Positions 15,563-26,299 of a stretch of 40,570 bases of DNA are shown piece after piece (the first letter of the stretch is position 1; every line of letters starts with the position of its first letter). The stretch covers positions 1 to 40,570 of the IMG/VR virus record IMGVR_UViG_3300020043_004790. One strand, written 5' to 3'. The notes beneath the pieces are model-generated. The model searched no databases, had not been told where the DNA came from, and worked only from the letters and a program-made list of their open reading frames with translations. Both the position numbers and the translations under genes were made by a program. Origin of the DNA: a virus. Lineage: Duplodnaviria; Caudoviricetes.

Positions 15563-15944
15563 ACCCACAGTAATCACACCAGAGGTTATCGCTAAACTAG
15601 AGCAAGCATTTGCTATAGACTCAACCGTTGAAGAAGCGTGTAGTTACGCGGATATTTCGAGGGATGCGTTCTATGACTACCTAAAGAAAGAGCCCGAGTT
15701 TTCCGACAGAATAGCCGACTTACGACAACGCCCCGTATTAAAGGCTAGAGAGACTATAGTTAAAAGCCTTACTGACCCACATCATGCGTTTAAGTACATG
15801 GAGCGTAAGCGTAAGTCAGAGTTTGGCCCGAATGTAGATGTAACCTCAAATGGGGACAAGATAACTTTCGTTCCTTCGGAACTCCTTGATAAGCATGCAA
15901 TCACAGAGCAACATCCTTCATCCGAGCCAAGCAATAATAGCTAA
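15555..15944 (+). CDS. terS: Terminase small subunit
   Basis: ARPT..T...KLE.AF...EAC.YA.IS...FY HTH; located upstream of TerL. Confidence 0.8.
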   Translation: MARPTVITPEVIAKLEQAFAIDSTVEEACSYADISRDAFYDYLKKEPEFSDRIADLRQRPVLKARETIVKSLTDPHHAFKYMERKRKSEFGPNVDVTSNGDKITFVPSELLDKHAITEQHPSSEPSNNS

Positions 15945-17112
15945 GGATACCCACAGGTTCCGGGTAGTCTGTTGTGGTAGACGCTTTGGTAAAACCCTCC
16001 TCTCAGCATGGGAGATGTTTGCCTTTGCGGTAGCAAGGGACAATGCACGAATAGCCTATATAGCTCCCACCTATCAACAAGCGCGAGACATTGCCTGGAA
16101 CGAACTCAAGCGTATTTGCCAGCCAGTGATAACGAATACTAACGAAAGCAGGCTAGAACTCACACTACAGAATAAGTTTGGCGGTACTTCCCTAATATCA
16201 CTTCGAGGGTGGGAAAGTATTGAAACCCTGCGTGGGCAAAGTTACGACTTCATAGTATTAGATGAGATCTCCTCCTACCGAAACTTCTGGGAGCATTGGC
16301 AAGAGGTTATTCGCCCTACCCTCACCGACAGGAAGGGAGAAGCATTGTTTATCTCTACCCCCAAAGGCTTTAACCACTTCTATGACCTCTATAACCTGGA
16401 GAATAAGGATACGGACTTTAAGAGTTTTCACTTCAGTACCTACGACAATCCACACATTCCCCGCGAAGAAGTAGATAAGGCTAAGGTAGAGCTTACAGAA
16501 GATAGATTTGCTCAAGAATACCTAGCAGACTTTAGAAAGACAGAAGGTCTGGTATACAAAGAGTTTAGTAGGGATAGGCACGTTTTCTCAAAAGAAATAG
16601 ATAGAGTGGTTAAGACTATTGCTGGAGTTGACTTCGGATTCACTAACCCAGCAGCTGTACTAACAATCAAAAAGGACGATGATGGACGCTATTTCGTGGT
16701 GGAAGAGTGGTACAAGAGAGGTAAAACAGACGCACAAATAGCAGATTACGTATCCGCATGTGCCTTTAACGAGGTATATCCTGACCCTGAATCAGCATCA
16801 GGTGTAGCAGAGCTAATGCAAAGAGGAGTAAACGTACGAGATGTAATCAAAAACAGGGACAGTATAAGAAACGGCATAAACACCGTACGAGAACTATTCA
16901 AAGCAAACAGACTATTCATACACAAAGACTGTATAAATCTTATATGGGAGCTAGAGACATACGCATACCCAGATAAGAAACCAGACCATAACGAAGAGGA
17001 GAAGCCTATCAAAGAGAACGACCACGCACTAGATGCACTACGATACGCTCTAATGATGGAAGGTGGTATTGGAGAAGGAACAACAGTACGTGTGTTCATA
17101 CCAGACTTATAA
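15895..17112 (+). CDS. terL: Terminase large subunit
   Basis: GRRFGKT Walker A, YIAPTY.QA, LRG..YDFIVLDE, ISTPKG, GVDFG, DHALDALRY. Confidence 0.96.
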   Translation: MQSQSNILHPSQAIIAKDTHRFRVVCCGRRFGKTLLSAWEMFAFAVARDNARIAYIAPTYQQARDIAWNELKRICQPVITNTNESRLELTLQNKFGGTSLISLRGWESIETLRGQSYDFIVLDEISSYRNFWEHWQEVIRPTLTDRKGEALFISTPKGFNHFYDLYNLENKDTDFKSFHFSTYDNPHIPREEVDKAKVELTEDRFAQEYLADFRKTEGLVYKEFSRDRHVFSKEIDRVVKTIAGVDFGFTNPAAVLTIKKDDDGRYFVVEEWYKRGKTDAQIADYVSACAFNEVYPDPESASGVAELMQRGVNVRDVIKNRDSIRNGINTVRELFKANRLFIHKDCINLIWELETYAYPDKKPDHNEEEKPIKENDHALDALRYALMMEGGIGEGTTVRVFIPDL

Positions 17113-17147
17113 ACACCATTGACTTTACATAATCGTGGTAGTATGCA
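17107..17147 (+). promoter_or_regulatory. Putative portal-operon promoter
   Basis: TTATAAACA box, TTGACT, TGG-TAGTAT. Confidence 0.5.
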
Positions 17148-17168
17148 AGCAAATAACCTCTATATAAA

Positions 17169-19211
17169 ATGATTAGCGGCGTTGTAACCGGAAAAGATGG
17201 TAATCCTGTAGACGGAGATGGCAAGTCTCTTTCACCTTCACCATATGCTCCTGGAAAGGAAGTAATGGATTTGTTCGCGCAAGTACAAAATGACTATATC
17301 CAAGCGTACTCACTGCAGCATAAAACTTTTGATGAGTTCGATGGTATCTCCCTACTAGACCGAGCACGAGTAGACCAGCAGACATTTGCAGCGTATGTAG
17401 GAGCTGAGTTCATCCCTTCACAGAAACGTTGGCGTTGGCGCGGTAGAAAGAATACTGCCCGTAACCGTCTCATAGGTATCCTAGCTCACATGCTTAGTGC
17501 CATGCTCTTCCCTTACGTACGAGCAGTTAATGCAGAGAACGAGGAGGAAAAGGACACAGCCCGTGTAATGCAAATCCTAGTAGAAGACCACCTACGTAAT
17601 GCCGGATATGAGATGAAGTTCTTGTATATGGTTATGTCAGCATTGGTAAACCCCGCAGTATTCGTGGGAGTAGAGTACGTACAGGCTACCCAGAAGATCA
17701 AGCAAAAGCTACAGGATGGAAGTATAGAGATTCTTGAGGCAGTAGATGACTTCCTTTCAGGTCTAAACATAAACATTATCCCCGTAGATGAGATCCTACT
17801 AGCAGACTTCTATACATTCGAGCTACAGCGACAGCCATATATCGTACGAGTACGACGTATTCCATGGGATGAGGCACGTAAGATCTATGGAGGAAACCCA
17901 GACTTTAAGTACGTACGTGCAGGAATGACCAAGATCTTCATGACTGGTAATGAAAACCAGACACTATACGACATTGACTGGACAGAAGCAGATAGAAACT
18001 ACGTACAAGAGATAACGGTGTACTACCGTTCAGAAGACCTGCAAGTAACATTCGTTGGAGGTGTATTCATGGGCAACAAAGAGGATATTTACAACAACAA
18101 TCCTTTCGAGCACAGACGAATGGTATACACAGAAGGAGGTTGGGCATCAGCACCTATCTACCCATTCGCTAAAGGAGGATTCGAGCCAATGGATCCTACA
18201 GGTAGATTTGCGTACTACAAGTCAGCAGCCTTCAAAGCATATTGGGACGACGCAAGTATCAACAAGGCATACCAGCTCCTACAGGACGGAATGTATCTTG
18301 ACGTATTCAAGCCAAACTTCATTTCAGGCGTATCTAAAGTAGACGGAACTGTTATTGCTCCAGGAGCATCTGTAGCCCTTCCAAAAGACGCATCAGTAAC
18401 TCCATACCAGCTAGGGCCAAACCTTGCAGCAGCAATGGATGTTCTTAATGAGAACAAAGAAGACCTAGCAGAATCAACACAAGACCAGACTCAAGGTGGA
18501 GTAGTTGAGCCTAATGTAACCCTAGGTGCAACACAGATAGCAGAACGAAATGCAAAGCTTATTCTAGGTGTATTTGGTCTGATGCTTGCAAACCTTGTTG
18601 AACAGGTTGGATCACTTACCATGGACTGTGTTATCCAGCACTCAACCACTGGAGAGATAGACGATAAGGTACCAGAAGCCTTGAAAGTACGATACCGCAC
18701 CTTCCTTGCTAAGGGAGAGGAACGAGGCATGAAAGTCACAAACCGGATTGTATTCACAGACGAATACATGGGTAGAAACATGACTGATAAGGAGAAAGAG
18801 AAGGAAGAATGGAAGCTATACGAACAGACAGGTAAGGATGGTAAGGAGCGCGAGAAATCAGACCAGCGTATATGGAAAGTTAACCCATACCAGTTCGCTC
18901 GTATGCGATACACTATGTACATGGACGCAGACCAGATTGTTTCACGTTCTATGGGTACAGATAAACAGCGTAAGATGCTTGCCTTCCAAATGATGACCGA
19001 TCCACGAGTAGCACCATTTACCGACCAAGAGGCAGTTATCGAGGACTTTGTAATTGAACCGTTCTCAGAAGGAGACCCAGAACGATACCGACGTAAGGAA
19101 CAAGCAGGACAGAATGTTAATGACATGCTCGGTGCAGTCATGGGGCAGCAGAATCCGTCAGCCGTTGCCCCTCAAACAATGGCGGGTTTACAAGCTAATC
19201 AAGTAGCATGA
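17169..19211 (+). CDS. Portal protein (P22-like size)
   Basis: 680 aa directly after TerL; 'T.G..QIA..NA' helix and Q-rich tail typical of podovirus portals. Confidence 0.8.
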   Translation: MISGVVTGKDGNPVDGDGKSLSPSPYAPGKEVMDLFAQVQNDYIQAYSLQHKTFDEFDGISLLDRARVDQQTFAAYVGAEFIPSQKRWRWRGRKNTARNRLIGILAHMLSAMLFPYVRAVNAENEEEKDTARVMQILVEDHLRNAGYEMKFLYMVMSALVNPAVFVGVEYVQATQKIKQKLQDGSIEILEAVDDFLSGLNINIIPVDEILLADFYTFELQRQPYIVRVRRIPWDEARKIYGGNPDFKYVRAGMTKIFMTGNENQTLYDIDWTEADRNYVQEITVYYRSEDLQVTFVGGVFMGNKEDIYNNNPFEHRRMVYTEGGWASAPIYPFAKGGFEPMDPTGRFAYYKSAAFKAYWDDASINKAYQLLQDGMYLDVFKPNFISGVSKVDGTVIAPGASVALPKDASVTPYQLGPNLAAAMDVLNENKEDLAESTQDQTQGGVVEPNVTLGATQIAERNAKLILGVFGLMLANLVEQVGSLTMDCVIQHSTTGEIDDKVPEALKVRYRTFLAKGEERGMKVTNRIVFTDEYMGRNMTDKEKEKEEWKLYEQTGKDGKEREKSDQRIWKVNPYQFARMRYTMYMDADQIVSRSMGTDKQRKMLAFQMMTDPRVAPFTDQEAVIEDFVIEPFSEGDPERYRRKEQAGQNVNDMLGAVMGQQNPSAVAPQTMAGLQANQVA

Positions 19212-19299
19212 AAAAACTAAGATCAGCAGGTAAAGGAGCAGCTAAACTAATGCCACTTCACCAGCGTATTGCTACAGGGAATCGTCCAATCAAGAAACC

Positions 19300-19503
19300 A
19301 TGAACGCATATCCTTGGGCACAGAACCGTTTGAAGCTCGAACGAGCAATCGAAGCAGTACGCCTTGAAAACAAGGACTTCACTGCAGAAGATGTTAAACG
19401 ATATTACGTAGACGTTCTTAAAGGTGCACTCCAGTTCGTGGATGAACCTAAGAAAGACGTTGAAATAGTAGTTAAAAAAGATAAGAAATCAAAGAAAAAA
19501 TGA
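19300..19503 (+). CDS. Hypothetical protein
   Basis: 67 aa, ATGA coupled (preceded by a 31-aa ORF at 19208-19303). Confidence 0.7.
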   Translation: MNAYPWAQNRLKLERAIEAVRLENKDFTAEDVKRYYVDVLKGALQFVDEPKKDVEIVVKKDKKSKKK

Positions 19504-19898
19504 TATTGTCGCTTGTACTGTGGTTCATCAGGAGAAAAAACCTGTCAGACAAAGACAGGAACAAGGTAGTTACTACTCTTTTAGAGAGTATTGATGCACC
19601 ACCATTACAAGCACTTATCAGCGTAGACGAAAATAGGCGTGTTTTAGTGAAAGGTAAGCCACTTTCTGTCGAGCAGATACAAGCTCTTCGTGAGAGTGCC
19701 TCAGCCGTACTAAACTCAACAGCCCGTAATCTTATCCATGAACAGGTCAGATATGCAGCAATAGACACAGGGTTCCTAAAGAACGGTACCGGAGACTTAT
19801 ACAGTCAATTGTTCTACAAAGCTGCACTTTGGACTGCACAAGAAGAAGATAATCTACTACGCGCACTCGCCTCAGAGGATATACACACCTTGACGTAA
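19500..19898 (+). CDS. Hypothetical head-region protein
   Basis: 132 aa. Confidence 0.75.
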   Translation: MILSLVLWFIRRKNLSDKDRNKVVTTLLESIDAPPLQALISVDENRRVLVKGKPLSVEQIQALRESASAVLNSTARNLIHEQVRYAAIDTGFLKNGTGDLYSQLFYKAALWTAQEEDNLLRALASEDIHTLT

Positions 19899-19916
19899 CA
19901 CTTTCGGTGGTATACT
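19879..19916 (+). promoter_or_regulatory. Putative capsid-operon promoter
   Basis: ATATACACA box, TTGACG-N15-TATACT with extended -10 TGG. Confidence 0.6.
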
Positions 19917-19980
19917 CGAAGCAAAGGAATCCACCCTCTAGCTGGAATATCAATAACGCACCGTTTGCTATAAAACGATT

Positions 19981-20580
19981 ATGGAAAATGAAAATCAGGT
20001 AGATACAATCGTCTCACCTACCGAGACAAACGATGAGACTCAGGTCACATCAACCCCTTCATCAGAGAAAAGCCCAGTTGAGGCAGAACTTGAGAAGGTA
20101 GAAACACGTAAGCGTAGTAAGCTTGAAAAGCTTGAGTTTACTAAGAAACGTATTGAAGATCAGATTGCTCAGGAACGAAAGGAGCAGGGTATTGAGTCAA
20201 ATGACTTGGACAAACCACTCACTTTGGCAGACCTGCAAGCCTTCGAGAATGAGAAAGCAATCACTTCAGCTCTATCTTTGGCAGATGATATTGAGAACGA
20301 ACACGAGAGAAAGCTTACTCGATTCCATCTTGAGAACACCATCAAGCCTTCAGGAGATCCTCAAACTGACTTCCGAAATGCAAGACTGCTCGTCGAGTCT
20401 GTTAAAAACAAACAGCTCCTTGAAGAAGTAGGACGCGCTTCAAAGCCAAAAGGTCATTCCTCAGCCCCAAGTGCCCCTATGAAACAAAAAGCAAACGACG
20501 AACTAACCAAAGAAGAGACAGACCTTATGAAAGGTTTTGGACTCACTAAGGAACAGGTCATTGCAGCTCGCGGAAAGTAA
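19981..20580 (+). CDS. Capsid scaffolding protein
   Basis: Acidic N-terminus, coiled coil, C-terminal LT.EE...MKGFGLT.E; located upstream of the capsid genes. Confidence 0.75.
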   Translation: MENENQVDTIVSPTETNDETQVTSTPSSEKSPVEAELEKVETRKRSKLEKLEFTKKRIEDQIAQERKEQGIESNDLDKPLTLADLQAFENEKAITSALSLADDIENEHERKLTRFHLENTIKPSGDPQTDFRNARLLVESVKNKQLLEEVGRASKPKGHSSAPSAPMKQKANDELTKEETDLMKGFGLTKEQVIAARGK

Positions 20581-20627
20581 CCCTTTTCTTACATGAAGGA
20601 TTAGTAAAACCCTAATCCCGACATACC

Positions 20628-21146
20628 ATGCGTGGTGACATTTCAATCTATCGCGCCCCAGCAGCTCTGTTCTCAACAGTAGCTTCTGTAGCGTCAGGAA
20701 CCTCTGCTTCTATCTCAGCCGGTGAACCAACCACACCAGCAGGAGCAACAGGTTCAGTCACGGGTGTTGTTGCACTTTCAGCAGACGGATCACCTACAAC
20801 TGTAGGAACCGCTACTAACGTGCACTTTGCTGGTCTTGCTAAGTCTGACTCAAACGAGACAGCTTCAGCAGCAGGAAACGTAACACTCTGGGCACCAATG
20901 CCAGGTATCCTATATGCAGCAAAGGCTAAGTCAGCCGCAGCTGTGGATACTGCAGCAGAAATTATTGCACTCCTTAACAAGCGAGTTGTACTTGACCTTA
21001 CTGCAACAGTTTGGACAGTAGATACCGCTGCAACGGATGCTATTACTAACGGCGTAATTATCTTTGGAGGCGATCCACAGGCAAACCTTGTGTACTTCGC
21101 TATCTCACAGAACGTTACCGTCTTCAGCACAGGAGCTGGAACCTAA
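20628..21146 (+). CDS. Capsid cement/decoration protein
   Basis: A/T/G-rich beta protein immediately before the major capsid gene. Confidence 0.6.
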   Translation: MRGDISIYRAPAALFSTVASVASGTSASISAGEPTTPAGATGSVTGVVALSADGSPTTVGTATNVHFAGLAKSDSNETASAAGNVTLWAPMPGILYAAKAKSAAAVDTAAEIIALLNKRVVLDLTATVWTVDTAATDAITNGVIIFGGDPQANLVYFAISQNVTVFSTGAGT

Positions 21147-21158
21147 TCTTTCTAATTT

Positions 21159-22088
21159 ATGGATGGTCTTACTCAAGATAGTGGCCCAAGTCTAAATCTA
21201 GTAAAGACAGGACTTGACCACCTCTTCAATCAAGCAGAAATGCAAATTGCAACGCCAGGAAAGGCGACTGCAACAAACCCACTTGTATTCGTTCAAATGC
21301 CAGCTGGCTCAGTAGCCGCAGTGCAGTCAACAATTATCGGTGGTGGTGGATACTTCGGACAGTCAACTGACGACGTTCCTCCTACTAAGGATGCTGCGAA
21401 GCGTGCATACGCTACTCGCCAGTCTCAGGTCATCAACTTCTACGAGAACCTTCCAATCTCTCGTACGTTCATGGAAGACCAGCAGCTCGGTGCAGTATCT
21501 AAGTCTGTACAGCAATTCGCTCTAGCATGGAAGTCCTCACAGGATCGCAATGCTTTTGCGGTGTACAACAACGGATTCACTACCCAGACTACAATCGACA
21601 ACGTAGCTCTGTTTAGCGCATCTCACGTAAACCTTAACGGTGACACTGTTGATAACCTTGAATCAGGAGCACTCACTACAGACACACTCAATGCGTCTAT
21701 CGTGAACCTCCGGGGTCAGGTAAACCAGACTGGTGTTATCGCAGGGTACGAACCTAAGTTCTTGCTCTGTTCTTCAACCCTTCACTTGACTGCAATGGCA
21801 ACTGCCAAATCAGTTCTTCGTGCAGGAACAGGTAACAACGACCTTAACTACTTCTCTGAACTCTACCCAGGAATGGAAGTACTTTACAGTCCGTTCATTA
21901 GCTCAACCACAGCATACTTTGTTGGTTCTTTCACTCACGGCGTAACTCGCTTTGAACGCGAAGGACTCTCAACAACTCTTGTGCCTTGGCAGAATCAGGC
22001 TACCGACCAGTACATCTACAAGATGCGCGCTCGTGAGGTAGTTGACTCTATCGACTTCGACGGACTTGTTGGATCAACAGGTGCTTAA
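21159..22088 (+). CDS. Major capsid protein (HK97 fold, Mu gpT-like)
   Basis: ISR.F.ED.Q.G, D.VALFSASH, P..LL...L...A...L, final DFDGLVGS.G. Confidence 0.85.
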   Translation: MDGLTQDSGPSLNLVKTGLDHLFNQAEMQIATPGKATATNPLVFVQMPAGSVAAVQSTIIGGGGYFGQSTDDVPPTKDAAKRAYATRQSQVINFYENLPISRTFMEDQQLGAVSKSVQQFALAWKSSQDRNAFAVYNNGFTTQTTIDNVALFSASHVNLNGDTVDNLESGALTTDTLNASIVNLRGQVNQTGVIAGYEPKFLLCSSTLHLTAMATAKSVLRAGTGNNDLNYFSELYPGMEVLYSPFISSTTAYFVGSFTHGVTRFEREGLSTTLVPWQNQATDQYIYKMRAREVVDSIDFDGLVGSTGA

Positions 22089-22110
22089 CTAACAGTAATT
22101 AGCAACCAAC

Positions 22111-22440
22111 ATGAAAGCAAATTTCGCTATCGGTCTGGCTCTGGTTGCTGTTGTTATAGCAATCTTCAATCCATTCCAAAATCTTTCTTTCGGAGCTGCA
22201 ACATCTGGTAACACAACCAACTTTGACGCAGTAACGTTAGATAATGGAAACCTAACACTTACAAACGGTAGTATCTCAATTGCGGTTCCTACTTCTGGAA
22301 CATCAACTGTAGGCACAATCGGTTGTATGCAAGCAAACGCAACTTCATCTGCAACCAAGATTAAGGTGGTGTTCTCTCCTCTAGGAGCTACATCAACCTT
22401 CTCTGGAACTGCATACTGGAGTTACGGTACCTGCCCATAG
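22111..22440 (+). CDS. Head-region protein with N-terminal signal/anchor
   Basis: MKANFAIGLALVAVVIAIF; T/S-rich, ATSSAT motif, C-terminal Cys pair. Confidence 0.75.
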   Translation: MKANFAIGLALVAVVIAIFNPFQNLSFGAATSGNTTNFDAVTLDNGNLTLTNGSISIAVPTSGTSTVGTIGCMQANATSSATKIKVVFSPLGATSTFSGTAYWSYGTCP

Positions 22441-22441
22441 C

Positions 22442-22486
22442 GTGTCCTCCCTTTCTCCGATAAATCGGGGACGGGAGAGGGCGCAC
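22442..22486 (+). other. Long intergenic hairpin after the capsid genes
   Basis: GTGTCCTC.../...GAGGGCGC with inner TCTCCGA-taaa-TCGGGGA; no U tract. Confidence 0.6.
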
Positions 22487-22510
22487 TAACCGCCTCTAAC
22501 CAAACAATAT

Positions 22511-22795
22511 ATGTCTGATCTAATGCGCGACGATTACAAATTCACAAACATCACAACCGCAACTACCACACAAGTAGTATCTGGGCCAGTACGTCTAATT
22601 CGAGTAGTTCTTAACGAGACTACAGATGGTGCAATTACTATCTCAGATAGTACTTCTGCCGGTACACCAGTTGTAGCGGTTATTGCTACATCTGTAACAC
22701 CACAGACCCTATACTACGGCGTACGACTAACCACAGGACTACGTATTACCACTGCAGGTGCTTCTGATATTACTGTCGTTTGGACAGCAAACTAA
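22511..22795 (+). CDS. Small beta-sandwich virion protein
   Basis: 94 aa, T-rich, 'G.ITI.D...Y.V..TTGL.I...ASDITV'. Confidence 0.7.
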   Translation: MSDLMRDDYKFTNITTATTTQVVSGPVRLIRVVLNETTDGAITISDSTSAGTPVVAVIATSVTPQTLYYGVRLTTGLRITTAGASDITVVWTAN

Positions 22796-22798
22796 CGT

Positions 22799-23989
22799 AT
22801 GGCTTTGCGAAATGTCGCACAGCTAAAAGAGGGGGTTGCTGGACTTCTCACAGGAACTAACCTAAATAACGTCACCAACCTTGACGTAGCACTGTCTCGC
22901 GCGGCTAGATATGTAGCCCAGAAGATGGATGCACCAGAAGCGGTAGGACGTGAGCCTATTACGCTTTACGATGGCGTATATTACTACAACGCACCAGAAA
23001 TATTGTTTGGAACAGCGGTTAACTTAATCAGACCACAAGGGAACACAAGTGGCGCAAACCTATACTCCTATAAAGTACCCATTGATGTGTTCACCAGAGG
23101 CAAGTTTCACTTCCCTAATGGGTACACTCTCGACCTAGAGTACGATAAGGGCGACGGTATTATCGGTATCTCATCAAACGTACCTCTTCCCCGCGTGATA
23201 CTAAGCTCAATGTCAGATGCAGATGACTGGACAGCAGGAGGCTCAGCATCAACACCAATCACAGATACGGTAAACTTCTACCAACCACCAGCGTCCATTC
23301 GTACTACGCTCACAGGAAGCTCAACAGGAACACTAACAAGCACCATAGACGCTGTAGACCTATCAGATTATGAGAATGTAGGTGTAGTTTTCCTAGCAAT
23401 ACAGACACCATCTGCTACAGACCTAACGTCAATCGCAGTTCGCGTAGGCTCGAGTGCCTCAGATTACGTATCTGTTACAGAAACAGAGGGCTTCTTGGGT
23501 GCTTTCCAGGCTAATAACTGGCTTCTAGTAGCATTTGACTGGGCTGGAGCTACAGAAACAGGTACTGTTGACTACGAAAACATTGATTACCTACAAGTAC
23601 GTGTAAATCACACAGCAACACTAACCAACTTTAGGCTTGGAGGTCTTTGGATTGCACAACCATCTATAAACGAGATCATCTACCAGACAGCAGCACTGTT
23701 CAAAAACAGCACAACAGGTGTTTTGTCACAAACTATTGGTAGTGATAACGACCTTATCATCCTAAATGATGCTGCATACTCAATCTTGGAAGTAGAAAGC
23801 GCAAAGACTATCGCAATGCAGATGTCAGGAGGTAAGTACACCTCAATGATTAAAGGATTTGATGAAACTCTATATGGAAACCAGTCAAGTGAAGGTCTAT
23901 ACGCACGATACACAGCAAATAACCCATCAAATCAGCTAAGACAGATAGATTCGTACTACGATACAGGTTGGCAGGATAGACAATACTAA
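22799..23989 (+). CDS. Putative head-tail adaptor with inserted beta domain
   Basis: Position before the nozzle gene; helical termini with a beta-rich core. Confidence 0.5.
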   Translation: MALRNVAQLKEGVAGLLTGTNLNNVTNLDVALSRAARYVAQKMDAPEAVGREPITLYDGVYYYNAPEILFGTAVNLIRPQGNTSGANLYSYKVPIDVFTRGKFHFPNGYTLDLEYDKGDGIIGISSNVPLPRVILSSMSDADDWTAGGSASTPITDTVNFYQPPASIRTTLTGSSTGTLTSTIDAVDLSDYENVGVVFLAIQTPSATDLTSIAVRVGSSASDYVSVTETEGFLGAFQANNWLLVAFDWAGATETGTVDYENIDYLQVRVNHTATLTNFRLGGLWIAQPSINEIIYQTAALFKNSTTGVLSQTIGSDNDLIILNDAAYSILEVESAKTIAMQMSGGKYTSMIKGFDETLYGNQSSEGLYARYTANNPSNQLRQIDSYYDTGWQDRQY

Positions 23990-23990
23990 T

Positions 23991-26282
23991 ATGCCAGGCC
24001 CAGGAACTGACAACTACAAGTTTAACCTCATAGGAACTTCAAAAGCTCCTTTTGTTGGCTATGTATCTTCTGAGGATCCTACCCGCGTAAGCCCACAAGC
24101 GCTAGTTCGTGGCTCTAAGAACGTACTACTAAGAGATACAGGTAACATTGAGGTACGCCCAGGTATCAAGCTATACGATGAGGCAGATGGCGAACAGGAC
24201 GCTGTGGTTCAATCATTTGACTGGAACGATAAGCAGGGAAACACACTACTAATTCGTGTACTTGAGAGTGGAAAACTACAGTTCTATAACCGAGCAAGCG
24301 ATACATGGTACTTACTTGAAGAGTATGATTCAAACGCCTTCTTCTTTGCAAAGTGGTGGGATGACGTAGAAAAACAGGAGTTACTTATCATGTGTAATGG
24401 TACCTCTAGCCTATATGAGTGGTCAGGAGCCATGGTAGATGGTGTAGGTGATGTTGATAACTACAACACTATCGCTATTGCAAACACAGGTATCGTCAAC
24501 GCCATTTCTTTCGGAAGTACCTCTAACGAGCCAGTGATACCATTCACAACAGCAGTATCAAACGCAGCATCAGCCACGAACAGAAAGAGCGCAATTGTCC
24601 TTGATGCAAACCCAACCGGTTCAAGTACATTACTAAGTGTAACAGTGTCTTCAGACGCACCATTCGTCTCAGGTACGTTCTGGGTACAGTTTGTAGATGC
24701 TCTCTCTACACCTATTAGTGATACATTCTCTCAAGTACTTATCGGCCCTACTAAAGAAGATACGGTACAGAGACTCCTGTCGTTGTTTAATGATCCTAGT
24801 GCCAATACCGCAACCCAGAAGGGCTTTGTAGACTCAGACATACTAACAATCATCAACGACTACCTTACGTTTACGGCAGTCCCATCTCTTGAATCAGCTA
24901 CTGAGGATACATTTGCAGAAGCTGGCTTTACTGACAGAGGAACTATTGTTGTTGGTAACACAACCTACACCTACGATCTTGTGGCTGGTAGATGGTTGGT
25001 GAACATAAGTGGTACCCCAGATACAAACGATTTTGCGTACGCGGGTGTAGTTGAGACAACAAACACACCAGATGCTGACTTTGAGAACGACTTTATTCTA
25101 GTACTCAATAACCAGCTCATCTGTTGCTCGTTCATGTCGCGTATTATCTACATATCAGCAGACGACGACTACACAGACTTCACTAACTCAGGAGACCTTG
25201 TCCCTGGAGACCCAGACTTTGCCATATTGGACGAATACCCTACTGGTGGAATTACCAGAGGAAGCTCCGCATATATTGGTGGAGGAAAGTCTACATGGTA
25301 TGAGGTAACTCCAAACACACCAACTACCTACGTTGCGTCTGTAGGTGCTACCGTTATTACAGAAGTAAAGAAGTTTGTTGGTTCTGGTCTTACCGCTCCT
25401 CTTGGCGCAAACTTTGTGACCTCTTTCGGGGAAGATATTGTATATCTAGGACAAGACCATCAGCTTAGAACCCTAGGTTTCTATAGAAACTTCTCAGCAC
25501 AGAAGTCTCCATCTCTTTCACTAGCTGTACGTCAAGAGCTTATCGAGGAGGACTTCACAGGAGGTTGTGTACGAGCAATCGACGAATATATCTACATTGT
25601 TGCCCCTGTATCTGGCCGTACATACCTATACGAGATTAAAGACGACGTAGACGAGGTAGGAAACATCACTTCAAGAAAGAACTGGCAACCACCGCAAGAT
25701 TGGAATATCTCACGCCTAGCTATTGTTGATGGTATCGCACATGGATATAGCGCGGAAAACCCACAACTATACCAACTTTGGGACACAAACCAATGGCATG
25801 ACGATACGTCAGATGCTAATACATTCGCTCCATATACCTGTGTTGCCAGATTCGGGTATAGACAATTTGCAGATAGAGACGACCTAGGGAGCTTCGATAA
25901 GGTCTATTACGAAGGGTATATCCTGCCAAATTCAGACCTTCAAGCAAATGTGTACTACGACTATCGAGGTGCAACCGCAATAGAAGAATCAGTACTGTCA
26001 AGCGAGACAGTAAACCCAGTACTATTCGGTAATACCGGAGTTGTAACTATTGGTGGAGATTTGATCGGAGAAACTACCATTGGTGGTGGACTACGAGATG
26101 TCGATTACGCGAATAACCTACAGAAGTTTAGAGTAATAACAAACGTAGAAGTGAAGGACTGTTTCGAGTATCAAATAGAGCTAGTATCAGAAGCACCGGA
26201 CTCACGATGGGAGCTTATTGCAACTGGTGCAAACGAGTCTCTATCCACAGATGAACCAGTCAATTTACAGTTGACAACGTAG
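23991..26282 (+). CDS. Putative tail nozzle / P22 gp10-like stabilization protein
   Basis: 763 aa; N-terminal G....DP.......L....NV......G.I..RPG, beta-propeller-like; typical position. Confidence 0.65.
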   Translation: MPGPGTDNYKFNLIGTSKAPFVGYVSSEDPTRVSPQALVRGSKNVLLRDTGNIEVRPGIKLYDEADGEQDAVVQSFDWNDKQGNTLLIRVLESGKLQFYNRASDTWYLLEEYDSNAFFFAKWWDDVEKQELLIMCNGTSSLYEWSGAMVDGVGDVDNYNTIAIANTGIVNAISFGSTSNEPVIPFTTAVSNAASATNRKSAIVLDANPTGSSTLLSVTVSSDAPFVSGTFWVQFVDALSTPISDTFSQVLIGPTKEDTVQRLLSLFNDPSANTATQKGFVDSDILTIINDYLTFTAVPSLESATEDTFAEAGFTDRGTIVVGNTTYTYDLVAGRWLVNISGTPDTNDFAYAGVVETTNTPDADFENDFILVLNNQLICCSFMSRIIYISADDDYTDFTNSGDLVPGDPDFAILDEYPTGGITRGSSAYIGGGKSTWYEVTPNTPTTYVASVGATVITEVKKFVGSGLTAPLGANFVTSFGEDIVYLGQDHQLRTLGFYRNFSAQKSPSLSLAVRQELIEEDFTGGCVRAIDEYIYIVAPVSGRTYLYEIKDDVDEVGNITSRKNWQPPQDWNISRLAIVDGIAHGYSAENPQLYQLWDTNQWHDDTSDANTFAPYTCVARFGYRQFADRDDLGSFDKVYYEGYILPNSDLQANVYYDYRGATAIEESVLSSETVNPVLFGNTGVVTIGGDLIGETTIGGGLRDVDYANNLQKFRVITNVEVKDCFEYQIELVSEAPDSRWELIATGANESLSTDEPVNLQLTT

Positions 26283-26299
26283 TATAATACAATCAATTT

